Shown here in pieces: positions 1-13,742 of a stretch of DNA of 64,000 nt; positions within the stretch are counted from its first letter, which is position 1, and the number at the start of each line of letters is the position of its first letter. Under the pieces are notes generated by a model that worked only from the letters and a program-made list of their open reading frames with translations, was not told the DNA's origin and made no database searches. The stretch is from Chrysomallon squamiferum (lineage: Eukaryota > Animalia > Mollusca), in NCBI GenBank assembly GCA_012295275.1, contig CM022673.1, forward strand, positions 23,498,001-23,562,000, read 5' to 3'. The translations under genes and the position numbers were made by a program.

Positions 1-1197
1 TGTCCACCGTGGAGATTCCTGTAGAAGTTCGATTTTAGAGAGAACTGTTTAAGAAGTATTAAGAAGTACAAAGCGTGCAAGAGAGTGTACATTCCAAAGG
101 AAGAGTACTTCTTGATTATGGACCAGCTACAGACCCCAGGAAGGAAAGCCAGGAAGAAAACAGATGAAGACATACCTCTGTACTACGTTTCCTTTGAAGA
201 CACCTTTGGCGTCATCAAGCATACATCCAAAAAGTATGTAAATTTGACATGTGAAGCTATCGAATTGTTGAAGTCACTGTACATGGATTGTCAACAGAAA
301 CGCAAGAGGCTAACAACCAAAGGAATGGTAGTCCAACCTATTCTGACCAAGGAATTTTCATCACGTGGCCAAGTGGATATTGTAGACTTGCAGTCCTTAC
401 CCAGTGGAAAGTAAACGCGGATCATGGCTTACCAGGACCATTTGGCCAAATTCTATATTCTCAAGCCTCTTACTTCGAAGCATGACAACGGATCCCAGTT
501 GTATACAAGGAACTCATGGAGCTGTGGACCAAAATGGTTATTGTGCGCGAGAAACGAAGCCACCCCCAAAGCAAGGGCTCTGTAGAGTGGGCAAACTACA
601 ACATTAAAGGTGGGTTAGTAGCCTGGAGAACGATACAAGGGACTGGTGTGTAGGCATCGTTTGTTAAATTCAGAAAGAACTCAAGCTACAGTCCTAGCAT
701 CAAGCAACCACCGTATTCTGCTCTCCTTGGAGTGGAAGTGTATGTTGGATTGACATCATCTTCGCTGCATTGGCAGTCTCTAGTCAGAAGTCGACCAGCT
801 GGCACTGCTATCAATGTCCCTTTAGATCAACAGTGTCAAAGAAGTCGTCCATAGGAGGACAAGCGTTTGTGAAATGCATCTGAGGGGAGACAAAGAGGTG
901 ACAACCAAAACGTTGCAAATGTTTCAAAAACAAATTTTTGAGCAATTCAAGATGTCACTCAAGTTTGAACTGCTGTAATAAATAGAACACTATTTGATGT
1001 GTTTCGAAATAAATGTTTTCATGCAACTGCAAGCCATTCTTTTTCATTCATTAATTTTGCCTAATGACTAGAGGTCTGTTTCAGTCATTTGGCCTAATTC
1101 CTGGAAATATTAGTCATTAGGCCAAACGCCTGAAGGTCTTGAGAGTTAGGCTAAATGCCCAAACACTTCAGGCATTATCCAACTGACTAGTTTGACA
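1..1197 (+). mobile_element. Degenerate Ginger2/KRBA2-like integrase DNA transposon (3' part, left end outside window)
   Basis: ORF 85-414 and following frames read CMDCQQK...VVQPILTKEFSSRGQVDIVDLQS...*...YQDHLAKFYILKPLTSK (KRBA2/SCAND3-type integrase core), with stops and frameshifts; Cys-rich tail KRCKCFKNK..NSRCHSSLNCCNK* ends ~985; subterminal repeats (ttggcctaat/attaggccaa) 1055-1190 and a ...TGACA end at 1197 fit Ginger TGT..ACA termini. Confidence 0.7.
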
Positions 1198-1210
1198 TAT
1201 TGAATGTAAC

Positions 1211-1249
<39 letters not shown>

Positions 1250-1251
1250 TA

Positions 1252-1838
1252 CAGAGGTACCTCGACTTATGAGTGTCCCAACGTTCGAATTTTTCGATTA
1301 CGCCTGGTCGAGCTTTTGCTTTGAGTTGCGAGCCAAAATCCGAGTTACGAGAGAGCTTCAGAAACACCGCTGCTAACTGGTGCAAAGAACAGCAAAACAT
1401 CCGGCCAGCATTCTACGTCTCAATCGTGGCTACCTCACCGTGGAAGCATCTCTGTTGTGATAGGGTCGAGTTTTGTACAGTATTTTGCCAAATTTCTTTT
1501 TTCTGACCATGGATCGTAAGAAAGTGAGTGCAAAGGACAGTGCTGAGAAGAAGAATGGGGTGATGTCCACTGAATGAAAACATGAAATCATAGAAAAACA
1601 TGAGAGAAATGTGCATGTATTCAACTTGGCTAAGCAGTACGAGCATAGTATCTTTACGATGTGTACTATACTGAAGCAGGAGAAGTCGATAACGACTGTA
1701 ACTCCAGCCAAAGGCGTTAAAATAATTTGTATGATCTCCAAGATAAACACACTTCTTTTATTTTGTTTTTTTTTTTATAAATACAATATTTGTCATTTAT
1801 AAATACATTTTTCGTTAAAACAGGTTATATATAAAAAA

Positions 1839-1869
<31 letters not shown>

Positions 1870-1991
1870 AAAAACATGAGATGTTTTTTGGTGGCCTGAA
1901 CCGAATTAATGGTATTTCAATTAATTTCAGCTGGGAAAACTGATTTGACAGACGAGCAAATTGAGATTCGAGCTCGGTGAAGGTACCACTG
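1252..1991 (+). mobile_element. Tigger/pogo-family internally deleted DNA transposon
   Basis: TA-flanked termini CAGAGGTACC... / ...GGTACCACTG; internal remnant from 1509 MDRKKVSAKDSAEKK..E*KHEIIEKHERNVHVFNLAKQYEHSIFTMCTILKQ resembles the Tigger CENP-B/psq HTH N-terminus. Confidence 0.85.
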
Positions 1992-2332
1992 TATATAATA
2001 TACACAAATAAGTTTATAATACAAGTGTAAACAGCATTAACGTAGAAGAAATAATAGCCGTGTCTGTTAGAAGAGGCAACAGAAAGTTAAATAGTGTAAA
2101 CAGTCGTAATGCTTTTCAAATACTTAAATTTGATCCTTAACAAAACTCTTTCTTAATAATAAAGAATTAAAATAAATATTTACAGGCTTCTGGGTTCACC
2201 TATATTGGGTGATATCAGTCTGAATGTTCAGTCTATTCATTTGATAAATTATCACATACACACATAGACACACACATACCCCACACTCTACAAACACAGT
2301 CGCAGATGGCTATACATACACACACAAAAATA

Positions 2333-2815
2333 TTATACCATTTCCTTTGATCCATAATAGATAAATCTAAATATTTCACCAAGAGTGCTATTCAAGCGTT
2401 TGATTTCTTCAGCCTCGCGTGGAACGTAACCATGGCGGTGCCATATGTGCACCGCATACTTATCTTCCCATTTGTAACCAACTTCATGGAACAGTTTTTT
2501 CGTTTCGTACCAGTTTGGACGATAAAACATTTCTGTTTCCAGATGCAGAGCCTTTTTGTTTTGTCGCCATAGTTCATAGGGGACCTTGAGTGAATTTCCG
2601 TTCCAAGTATGCTCGTATCGGAAGTAACTGCGATACCACTCTTTTATAAATGGCGATCGTCTTTCAGCCAAGATGACTGCATTTCCCATTCCACTTACGT
2701 TATCAAGAAGTCCCATGGTTAGCGGATAACCTCTGATTGGGTCCAAAGAATTAATAATTATGGTGTCGGTGTCTAGGTAAATTCCACCATTCACTGTATA
2801 AAAAGAAAAAAGAAA

Positions 2816-2876
<61 letters not shown>

Positions 2877-4037
2877 CTCTGTCTATCTATCTATCTATCT
2901 CTCTATCTATCAATCTATGTGTCTATCTATCTATATATATATATCTCTCTCTATCTATCTATATATATGTGTGTGTGTATATGTGTGTGTGTGCATGTGT
3001 GTGTATATGTGTGTTATATTGCAACAATTTAACAGATTATCAATAAAATTATTAAGAATAACAATAAAATGACAGTTTATATTTTTGCATACCTTGCTAT
3101 ATGTACTAATATCAAAAAAATATATTAGTTAATTTTAACTGCTAGATACTCGACAAAGGTATATAAAAGTATATGATTCCATCCTAATATGTGAAACTGG
3201 TGAAAACTAAGAAACAGTCCTCCATTTCTATTGCTGCATGGGAACAACCTATGACTTTAGCAAAGAGTTCATCCCATCATAGAATTTAGATTAAATTAAA
3301 CTTTGGAATATTTGTAAATTATTTATCTTTGCACTGGAATAATTATGCAGCTCACAGCAGCGTCATTCATACTTACTGAACAAAATCTGCAGACGAACAA
3401 TATCACTTTTGTGCTGCACAAATGACACATTTCCATCGACAAGTCTTGGTTCTTTTCGGAAAACGAATCTGAGTTCTTTAACTTCGCTCTGGACACGTGA
3501 CCACCAGTACCCAATAGGCATTAGATCGGAAACAAAATAAATTGCCCAAGGTTTTATATATCGTTTGGCACTTAATATACTTAAATAATGCATGAAAAGA
3601 AATTCCGGAGGGTTTGTTGAGTCTTTGGAGAATACAACGTAATAAAGGATCTTTGGAACTAGGAATCTATCTTTTGGCATACGACAAATATCGAAATCGG
3701 AGAAACCATTTTGTTTAAGGAAAAACGAACACATGATGTCATTAACTGTCCAATCCACACAGCAAAATAGTTCAGTTTTAACAGTTGCATCTATATTTGT
3801 CAAAAATTCTACTTCTTCGAGACATTCATTGTTCATTTTTGTTCGTCCGAAATTTTCTTTACCATAAAACCGTGAAAACTGAGCTTGAGTGATATACCCG
3901 GTAACCGTTTTAAAGGAAACGGACAGAGAAGCGATTCCAAATATCAAAAGACAAATATATGCGAATATCTTAACAGTACATTTTTTTCTACGACGTAAAC
4001 CCAAATTTCCGTTCATTCTGTGCATCTCTGGGTTCAT
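2333..4037 (-). CDS. Glycosyltransferase family 32 (alpha-1,4-Gal/GlcNAc transferase-like, DxD), type II membrane protein, ~373 aa
   Basis: Exons 4037-3377 and 2793-2333 joined by a phase-1 GTAAGT...CAG intron, giving [22 protein letters not shown] (GT32 signature); N-terminal [19 protein letters not shown]; PKILYYV, NAVILAE..SPFI..W and HIW motifs. Confidence 0.9.
2816..3013. repeat. (TATC)n followed by (TG)n microsatellite in GT32 intron
   Basis: Direct reading of tandem tatc and tg runs. Confidence 0.95.
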
Positions 4038-5599
4038 CGGCCTTTAAAACATTAATGAAAAAATGTACTAACAACTCTCCGTTCCGTCAATATATAGGGC
4101 GTGCACAAAACGTGACGCCAGCAAATGTGGACATTTTCATTCATGTGCATACAAACCATTTCGATTTAAAGTTTTATCAAACACGACGTAATGCATTAAA
4201 CTAAATATTTTTTCCATTCGTAAATAGTATTTGAGTACACAACAGCATCGATTTAATAATTCTGTGTAAAAGCGGTCTGAGAGAAAACGGAATAAATATT
4301 ATTTGCATTTAACAATCTATGAAATCGTTCTTGTAAGTAAATAAGACCTACAATCCGTTCACAAAGTTATATCGCATTGTTGATAATTCACAAAACAATA
4401 TTTTGCATGAATTAGCAGTTAAAGAAAACATGGCACTTTATCTTTAACAATTTAAAAAGGAACGGCTCCAGTGTTATCGTTTCTGTCTTCAACACAAGTG
4501 TTTAACATAGAATAATATCCAAAATGGCCTTTTCACTGTAATAAATCCGAGAAGAAATTAAGGCGAGTTTGTATCAATGTGTATTTGTTATTTATATAAT
4601 GTCCGTAGTTATCATTAAAATGCTTTCTGAGCATTTTTTGACACTGTTCATATTAACATGTTAATATGAAAGTCCAGCACAACGAACAAAGTAAAATATA
4701 AACATGACAAACAGCTCACTGATGAAAGGTAACATTTCTGTTTAGAAGTTTTCAGTGTTAAAGCAAACGATTTCATACATTATAAAATTGTGTTTTGTTG
4801 GGTTTTTTTTAATTATTAATATACATGCCCTGTTTTCGATTTATTTCAACACTTAGGAAAAGTCAGCGACGTCAATAAATAAGCAACATCTGGTTTAATG
4901 AAATATGCTTAACCTTCACGACATGGCTGTAGACTCGTTTAATGATGTAGAGTAACCAGCGCAAAGGGCCCTGTTGTGAGTTCAGAGTAATAAATATACA
5001 AATTACCACATACACGATTAGTTGCCATCTTAGTTTTGTGTTAACATATGGCAACATCTGATTTATTATTTTTTAATAGTCATTTACAGTATATGTGTCA
5101 GTCAAGAATAAACATAGAAAATACGTTTTACAGTCAAACCATATCCTTAATTGCCTAAAAAACACAATAATAAAAAAAAAATCAGTTCTCAAGGATCGAT
5201 CAGTCACTGAATTTGGTCGATATGAGTTAAATGCAGGCATGTCAAAGTGAATGGCCGTTAAAAAATTATAACATTTTTTTTTTTATAATATATCTATTTT
5301 TTAATTCCTTTTTAATCTTTTTTTAAAATGAAATTATATTTAAAAAGTAAGACCTCCGCCATCAAAAGTTGCAAGTACATTAGTAACATTACAAATACAA
5401 AATAATATTCTCCTCTTTCTTCGGTTTTCTGCTGAAAAATTATATATTCCTGATATCAGTGACTTCAAAATTCTTGGAGAGAACGTATCAAAAGAACAGG
5501 TGATATAAGGTCCGAATCATTTAACTGCATATGAACAAATAAATCGAAGAAATTTAGTCAACCCAGACGATAGTGCTTAATTTTTTAATTTCTCTTTAA

Positions 5600-5665
<66 letters not shown>

Positions 5666-7928
5666 GTTGTTGCTGCTGTTGTTGCTATTGTTGTTGTTGT
5701 TACCAATATTATTATACTCTATGTTGCATTACGTTTTCCTTGTTTTATCTTTTCCATTTGTTTTGTAAGAAGAACATGTATTTGAGAAATTATTGGTGAC
5801 AAAATAAGACGACGTTATAGCTGTAGGCTCACTTCTTATGTTTCTACACTAGCGGGTAATCGAGACGCTGGTAATTTGCCTTCCTCTATCCCGAAGCGAT
5901 AACATGAGTTATTGCCCCTGAAACTATTCTTCAGTCATGTCCTGCTATCGATTATAATGAAAGATGCATTAATTTTAGTATATTCATGCGTTAACAAAAT
6001 ACAAGCTTTATTACTACTACTACAAATATTACTATACTACTGCTATGAATGATATATTCTCATATTATCACTACTACAGCTACTACTACTGTAAAACAAA
6101 TATTAGTAATTGTATTACTACAATAACAACAACGACTGCTACTGCTACTATCATAATTACTACAAAATAATTTTGGTAATTAAAAATTCGTTCTTTCCAT
6201 TGATTTATTTTTTCAACTAACGCAAGACTTCTTTTTCCTCTATGCATATGACGTTTATGGCCGACGTTTGAATTCAGTCTAGGTGCAGGAAACTAGTAAC
6301 TTCGAACAACTAATTTGTTTAATGAGAACGGTGTCGAGGAGAACCTCGTTAAAATATTCCTAGAAGGGAAACAGAAAGAAAATATCACGTCTTGTACAGA
6401 TGACAATTCTACGATTACGTTTACCCAGGTTTCAGAGTGCACTGGTTCTCTACTGAAGCGACACAAATTTAAGAAGCTGTTCCGGTTATTACAGTTAAAG
6501 TGTTTTGTTCTGTTGTTGATAGTTACATCAAATTTAACAGTTTACTGTTTTGACAAAATGCACTGGTATGTATGTAGTCTTGATATTAGAGGATAATTTT
6601 AGATTTTTGTAATATTTCTTATTTGATGGTCATGATGGTAGTAATAATAATAATTTGATTCGATTTCTATTATAAATCTTCTTCGAAGTCAGATGTTTTT
6701 ATAAATGGTAAAATAATGATAAAAATAAAAACATCAATTAATAAAGAAATAAAAGTAAGCGAGATAATTATAAGTGTATCTTTCTGCTCGAAATACAACA
6801 TAATATGATATATATTGCTAACTGATTTTATGTTAGACATTCATTTATTCACACATTTATTTTAGTTCATTTATATTTAATTAATTTATCATTATACAAC
6901 TGACATCATTTTATTTTTCTTTCCTTCTGGTTATCCTCAGTCTGCAATCAGTATTACATATCCACCTTCGTATTTCATGTTAAATATCTGTCTTATCATT
7001 TCATACAGTTAAATACCTGTATCTTAATATTTCATCATTTACTTTCTTAATATACGATATCCATATACACCCACTCGTCAAAAAATACAACAGTTACTAA
7101 AGATGCCTCTCTTTGATACATTCTTTGAATTATTAGATGCATATTGTAATAAAGATTTCATTTATTTCGTATTTAACTTTATAAATTTCCAAGATGTTTT
7201 ATGTTTTAGATTACAGATTTTGATTTTGAACGAATATAAAAATACCAGTCGCAAAATAAAAACGAGGAAATTGCTACGGCAGAAATTACTGTTGCTGCGA
7301 TCTTTTCCTCAAATATTAAAATGTGAAATAATTACCAATCAAATCACTCATAATAATGACGATGATGAAAATGACAAAAATGACGCGGTGATGTATTGAA
7401 ATCTCCAAGCAGCAAGAAGTATTTATAAATAATAAAGTTAACTGCTATTGTTATAAATTTTGATGTTTACGGCTTCATCTCTAATTTGCTTCTGATGTCA
7501 CTTTTTTTTTTCAAAATGCTACTAACAATATCTGTAATTTTAATAATTTAATACACTGAAATCTTTTTCATGGAATACAGAATCACGTAACATAGTAAAA
7601 AATACAAAAATGATTTTAAAAAGAAAAAATAGAATTTTGTCATGATGTTCGATCAAAATCGTCATTTGGTCACAGAAAACATCCTTGCAACACTGAAATA
7701 AATGGTCCTGAAAATAAAAATAAAAATAAAAATGAAAAATAAATAAAATAAAATAAATAAATAAAAACTTATTTTTGAAACTAATAGCTATTTCTATACA
7801 AACAGTTAATGAAATAAAATAAAAAAAAACAGTCATCAGTCTGATATACATAGTAATGTGTAAAAGTTCTACATATAAACCAAAAAATATTTGATTTGTA
7901 ATTTACTGATTAAAATAGTACATTCATA

Positions 7929-8539
7929 CACGGCTCGAAACTCGTCTGAAATGTATGGTGGCCCCAAAAAACAACAAATCTGGGCCACTAAATATTTATT
8001 TCGAAAAAAAATCCCAAATTTGTTTTTGGAGCCCAAACAAAAAATATGCATTAGTCTCTTCAACAGGCATCAAATTAACGAACCAGTTGAACAAACCAAT
8101 TCAAAGAGAAATCGGAAACCGCGAAGCAGACGATAGAAGCTAAGACGGAATTCGGGAAGGTTCGGATTTGTCGAGATGATCCGAATGGTCACGGATCATT
8201 TTACGATACTGAGTCAGCGAGACTCGTGGTTTTGTTTATCAAGACTGCAGTTAACTACATGCGTAGCCGCTCTACAAAATCTATAAATAGATGTTGGCAA
8301 ATTAAGACAAGCCGATATGCCAATTTATCGAACTATGAGCAAACCTCATTTAAAGAAAAAAATATCTGCGATAAAATTATTAATGGTGGCTCTTGTGTTA
8401 TAACTTATATATATATATAAAAAAGGTCGCCCAAATAATATTTTTTGGGCGACTAACCCATAACTGTTTTAACACCTTGTCGCCCAAACGGAACTTTGGT
8501 CGCATTTGGCTATCTGGTGACTAGCCATTTCGAGTCCTG
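7929..8539. mobile_element. hAT-type MITE
   Basis: TIRs CACGGCTCGAAA / TTTCGAGTCCTG; 8-bp TSD cattcata (7921-7928) vs catttata (8540-8547); subterminal gggcgac/gtcgccc motifs. Confidence 0.75.
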
Positions 8540-8700
8540 CATTTATATACTGCTATCATCATTTTAAGAATTGTGTCTACTTCTATTACCACTACAGCTA
8601 GTAACAACGTTATTCATCTTATTATCACTAACATTATTATTACCCTTCTAGTATTAAAACAACACAATTAACATAAATTACTTATAGTTCACCTTTCTAA

Positions 8701-8772
8701 CTAATCTTTCTTTTTTAGGTCTTCAACTAATTCTATATATTTCTTTTCTGCTTCTTCTTTGCTCATTCCTGA

Positions 8773-8824
<52 letters not shown>

Positions 8825-10004
8825 GTAATAATAATAATAATAATAATTGAAACATACATAAATTTGTTTATTTTTATGTCTGAAAGTAGATATTCAAATA
8901 AATATAAATCAGTGCTTATGGTGGATGCAAGAATAATACTACAAATGAATAATAATAATTAAAACTAAATAAATAAATAAAAAAAGACAAAGACAAAAAT
9001 ATAAGAAATAATTACCTTTCTTGGCCTTCCAGGCATTCCATTTGGCTTTACCTTTCACATCCAACATCCCTGGTTCAGCTGAAATAAAAAAAAAATAAAA
9101 AAAGTTAAGTGTACATCTAAACCAATCTTAGACACACTGCAGTTTTTCTTCACTATGAAGCATATCACATAAAACAAATGGCGTCCATGTTAATGCTCAA
9201 GGGCAAGTGGCAACAAAAAAACCCTACCCTCCCTGCCTAGAAAAACTTAAATGGATGAAAGTATCTTTCTCAGGTCGCCTTACATAGTAACATTTTGGAT
9301 GACACACACATTAGACATTGTAACTAACAAAGTACATGACTAATTATCTAAAAGTTTAAAACAAGACACCTTCTAAAAAAAATCATCTCCCCGAAACAAA
9401 CTAGGTGTTATTAAAAAAATACTGTCAGTTTATGTAATCCGATCAATTATGTAATTTCTGAACGATAAAGTAAAAACTGATATCTCGCATAATTATTTGC
9501 CGCGAATGATTAACAATTTTAAATATTACTGTCAACAGCATAAACAACCCATAGACACAAAAGATTTTTTTATATATTACCTCTGCTACTACTAATACCA
9601 GCAGTAGCAGTAGCAGCAGAAGTAATAGTAATCATAATAAATCGAAATATATATTTACTCTTACAAATTAATAATAATTTTTGTATCACTATTTATTACT
9701 GTCGGCATACCTAAAACGTTAAACTCCTACACGTCTTGACGATAATTCTCCATTATCTACTAAAAGTTAACATAACCTATTGTTCTCCATTATCTACTAA
9801 AAGTTAACATAACCTGTTTCGTAACGATCACGCTGACACGCATTCAACTCACTGAAAGGTTACCACGACACAGCACTTGTCGTTTTGGTAACTGCGTGTG
9901 CTATGTAAACAGACAAACAGACACCTGCCGATTTGTTACTGAATCAACACTGAATGAAAAAAAACCCTTCAAAACGCATTTTAACAGAAAGAAATATGTA
10001 CATG

Positions 10005-10043
<39 letters not shown>

Positions 10044-10334
10044 TTGTTATTATTATTATTATTATCATCATCATCATCATCATCATCATTTATTTTATTT
10101 AATCACCATATACTGTATTTAGTCATAATTACAGAAATGTCTTGAGAAATATATATACTCTGTTATCAAAATTTATTATTAATATTATTTTTACTGAGAA
10201 AGAAAAACGACGTCAATATTCATAAAAATAATCATCTTTATTTAATTGATATCACGCTATGCGTACTGCGATGTGATTGGCTTGAAAGTGTAGAGCTATC
10301 ACGCCACGGTATAACGCGACCTCTTCATCTTATC

Positions 10335-10411
<77 letters not shown>

Positions 10412-11751
10412 CGTTGTTACTTTTGCCTCGCACACAAGTGAGAAATAGCGATTATTCTTCATTGATAATAATTTAAAAATAAATAATTAAAATATAGGAT
10501 ATTTAACGTCCTGTATATACGTCAAATAATTTGCACACGGCATCCAGTCTGTTAAAAACACTGAAACTTTTGGGTTTCAAGAAATGATTTTCATTTCTTA
10601 ATGAATAATTTACAAAAAGTAATGGATGGAGCCTCATTTTCCAAAAGGGAGAGCTTATCATTATTGTGGATGTCACTTTCAAGATATGTTTTATAACAAA
10701 AACGAAAAAAACAACAAAAAAAAACAAAAAAAACATTACAAAAACAATAACATATTAAGGATAATAAATAAATAAATAAAAGGAAAAAAGAAGTACTAAT
10801 GAGTAAATATATTAAAAACAATAAATATATTTAAAATACTAACAATAATCATAATAATTCGTACAAAAGTTTCTGAAAGCGTATTCTGATAACAAAGGTA
10901 GCATACCTGTGTTAATGTCGCCAACGGTCACCTGTTTGTACAGAGCATAGATTTCGAGCATCACGTCATCTGAAGGGCGTTTTTTAAGATTCTTAACTTC
11001 TTCTGCGGCTTTATTGAATTCCTGAACATAAATATATATATATAATCAATATAAGAAAAAAATAAAAATAAGACAAATTATCAAGTGTTTCCATTACCTA
11101 CATGGACATCACAAGAATGGCTTATAACAAATTCTCGTCTTTATTAGTAGTTTATCTTGGAAGATGAGTAAACAGTTATTGTAGACATTTGATATATTAA
11201 CGATAAAGTTTTCTACCCTCATGTCTTCCTGTTTAAAACGGATGTACTAGAATTCACTTAAAACTGCTCTCTTTTTTCTTCTTCTTCTTTTTTTTTTTTT
11301 TTTTTTTTTTGTTTGTCTAAAGATGATAAATGGTGCTAAAGATTACTTTTATCGGCTCGATTCAGAAGCAAAAAGTCCAAAAAATTATTTTCGTAAATAC
11401 TAACAACGTAAAATACGATAATCATTTTAATTCACTTTTAGAAACAACAAAACTGTAATTTGTTAATATTTTTGTAAATTTTAAAAAATTTATCATTTTA
11501 CTTTAAACAAGCTGAAATACGTAGAGGAGATAATTTCCTCAGAAATTAGTAATATATGAAATCTGAAAATGTTTGAAATAACAGAAAACCACCCAAAGAG
11601 TACCTCTTAAAAGAATACCGGCGTCATCAGGTGCAGCTTGTTTTAATTTAATACATGTAAAAATATAGTCGTAATACAATTTATTGCATGAATATATAAA
11701 TTAGCTTCAAAAACAGAGAAAGCTATTTAAAACTTTACTTACAGAACTCAT
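8701..11751 (-). CDS. DBI: Acyl-CoA-binding protein (ACBP/diazepam-binding inhibitor), 84 aa
   Basis: Exons 11751-11743 (MSS), 11021-10907 ([38 protein letters not shown]), 9078-9016 ([21 protein letters not shown]), 8768-8701 ([22 protein letters not shown]); all GT-AG with matching phases; YKQ..VGD and KW.AW ACBP motifs. Not in the ORF track. Confidence 0.95.
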
Positions 11752-12075
11752 CTTGTCAGACAGTGTGTAATCGATCCTATCAGGAAACAAATTAGACAAA
11801 GAGTGATGAACAGTGCATGTACTTTGACCAGAATTATGTAATTAGAGTTACGTCCCTTAACACGATAACGACAGCGATCGTTTGAAGAAAGTTGCGGTAT
11901 TAGATCGTTATTCATTGGTTGAAAATCAGATGAACGAATTGCGTCACTTAGTTAGAAACATATACACACGTGCAAGAACATACACATTATACTCATTACT
12001 TCATGCACACATAAAAACACATTTTCTGCTTTTAAACAATGTGTTATAATTATGTCCCTTAGTAGCAGTTTATAG

Positions 12076-12394
12076 CAGGGGTTCTCAAACGTTTGGTTCT
12101 CTGGAGACATTGGGAGGTCGAACATTGTTCGCGTTGCCCTCTCCATAAACATAATACAGTATATGGCATTATAAAATATATTTTAAGTGCCAAACCAAGC
12201 GTAATAGTGCCAACCCAGATTGGAATGCTTGCCAAACGTCAATATGGCATAATGTCGGCCCTGTTGCCATACTTCACCACCACCTTTTCCAGTTTTTATT
12301 AATACCATTATTGCTTTCTTGTTGTAGTTACAAAATTGGCCGGGTTAATATTTTAATAAATAGAAAATGGCTCGGAGTACTTTGAGAACCCCTG
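12076..12394. mobile_element. hAT (Charlie-like) MITE upstream of ACBP
   Basis: TIR CAGGGGTTCTCAAA / TTTGAGAACCCCTG; 8-bp TSD gtttatag vs gtttaaag. Confidence 0.85.
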
Positions 12395-12448
12395 GTTTAA
12401 AGAACAGTTCTGCCATATATACACAACTGTGTGTGTGCGTGCGCGCGC

Positions 12449-12489
<41 letters not shown>

Positions 12490-12904
12490 CAACTAGTGGA
12501 GAGTATATGTATTACCCACACACATATATGTAAGCCGACCTGAGCAGGATAAATGTGGGATCCTTAACACTAATGTTATTTCTTTGGTCTAGCAATCCTA
12601 AATAACAGCAAAATTAAATTATATTAACTGTTTTATTTCTTAACTCTCCGGTATTGAGAGTAGTAGGTTCACGTATTTATTTCTTGTCGGAAAAGAAACA
12701 AAAGAAAATACAGCAAGAGCAGTGAAAAAATAGTCTTTTCAAAATAGTCTTTTAAGATCTAAAGAAGTAATTTTGTACAAGCAATATTATTATTTATCAA
12801 AGAAAATACAGTTCGGACCCGAAATTGTTTTATTTTTTTTTTTTTGCTGGGTCCGAAAATATAGAATTTTATCGAATCATAATATCTTAGCATACCTATA
12901 GTGT

Positions 12905-12960
<56 letters not shown>

Positions 12961-13635
12961 TTTTAACAATTTGTTTCCTTGATTGCTATGTTGGCCGATC
13001 TTTTTGCTATGTTGGTACCTTTTGGTGTACCGACATACAGTGTAGCTCTTTATCATATCTAAAAAAATAACTAGTGGTGAAAAAATAGATAATTTTTCGA
13101 ATACTTTATTTGTCATGTTACTCGTGAACTTTGGTACGGCTCTCTGAGATCATAGCTATGCACTTTGAATTGAGCTCGTGTGAAGTCAAGTGGATGTGAT
13201 TTTTCAAGGCAGGGCAAAAAGTGTTAACGATTATTGAGATTATAACGAACAGAAAATCTTTTAAGTTTCATTTACATTATAAAGTGAGTACCAAGTCAAA
13301 ATTTAATACGTTATTTTTTTTATGGTTGTTGAATTAAATTAATTGGAAACATCTCTTTAAGTAACTTTGAAAAATAATAAACACTATTAAACACAATGGG
13401 AAACAGTTTTTGGTACGAGTAAACCATATAATATAACGATCAACTTGAAACTGATTTTGAGACAATTTACAGGTTTCGTTAATAGAACAATTAATACTCA
13501 GAAGTCTAGCACCGTGTAAACACATACAGGCACACACAAGGAATACACTAATTATAACAGATTTGGGGCACAGTACTTACTTTGTCAGGGGCACTGATAC
13601 TCCACACTATATATATAAACAGACATGGGGGAACA

Positions 13636-13643
13636 GAGAGAGG

Positions 13644-13739
<96 letters not shown>
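13636..13739. repeat. (GA)n microsatellite
   Basis: Long pure ga run; explains the ERERER ORFs. Confidence 0.97.

Positions 13740-13742
<3 letters not shown>

Noticed and set aside
6315-6596. Plus-strand 93-aa ORF with a donor-like CTG|GTATGT
   Set aside because: No recognisable homology, non-ATG start and no downstream exons found; at most a non-coding exon.
7540-7851. Candidate last exon of ACBP
   Set aside because: The true last exon is 8768-8701, which gives the canonical ACBP C-terminus.
8210-8220. ARE/AP-1 motif TGAGTCAGC
   Set aside because: Single short motif inside a MITE downstream of ACBP, with no supporting context.
8759-10145. Poly-I/poly-N/poly-L ORFs
   Set aside because: Translations of (TAA)n and (CAT)n microsatellites in ACBP introns.
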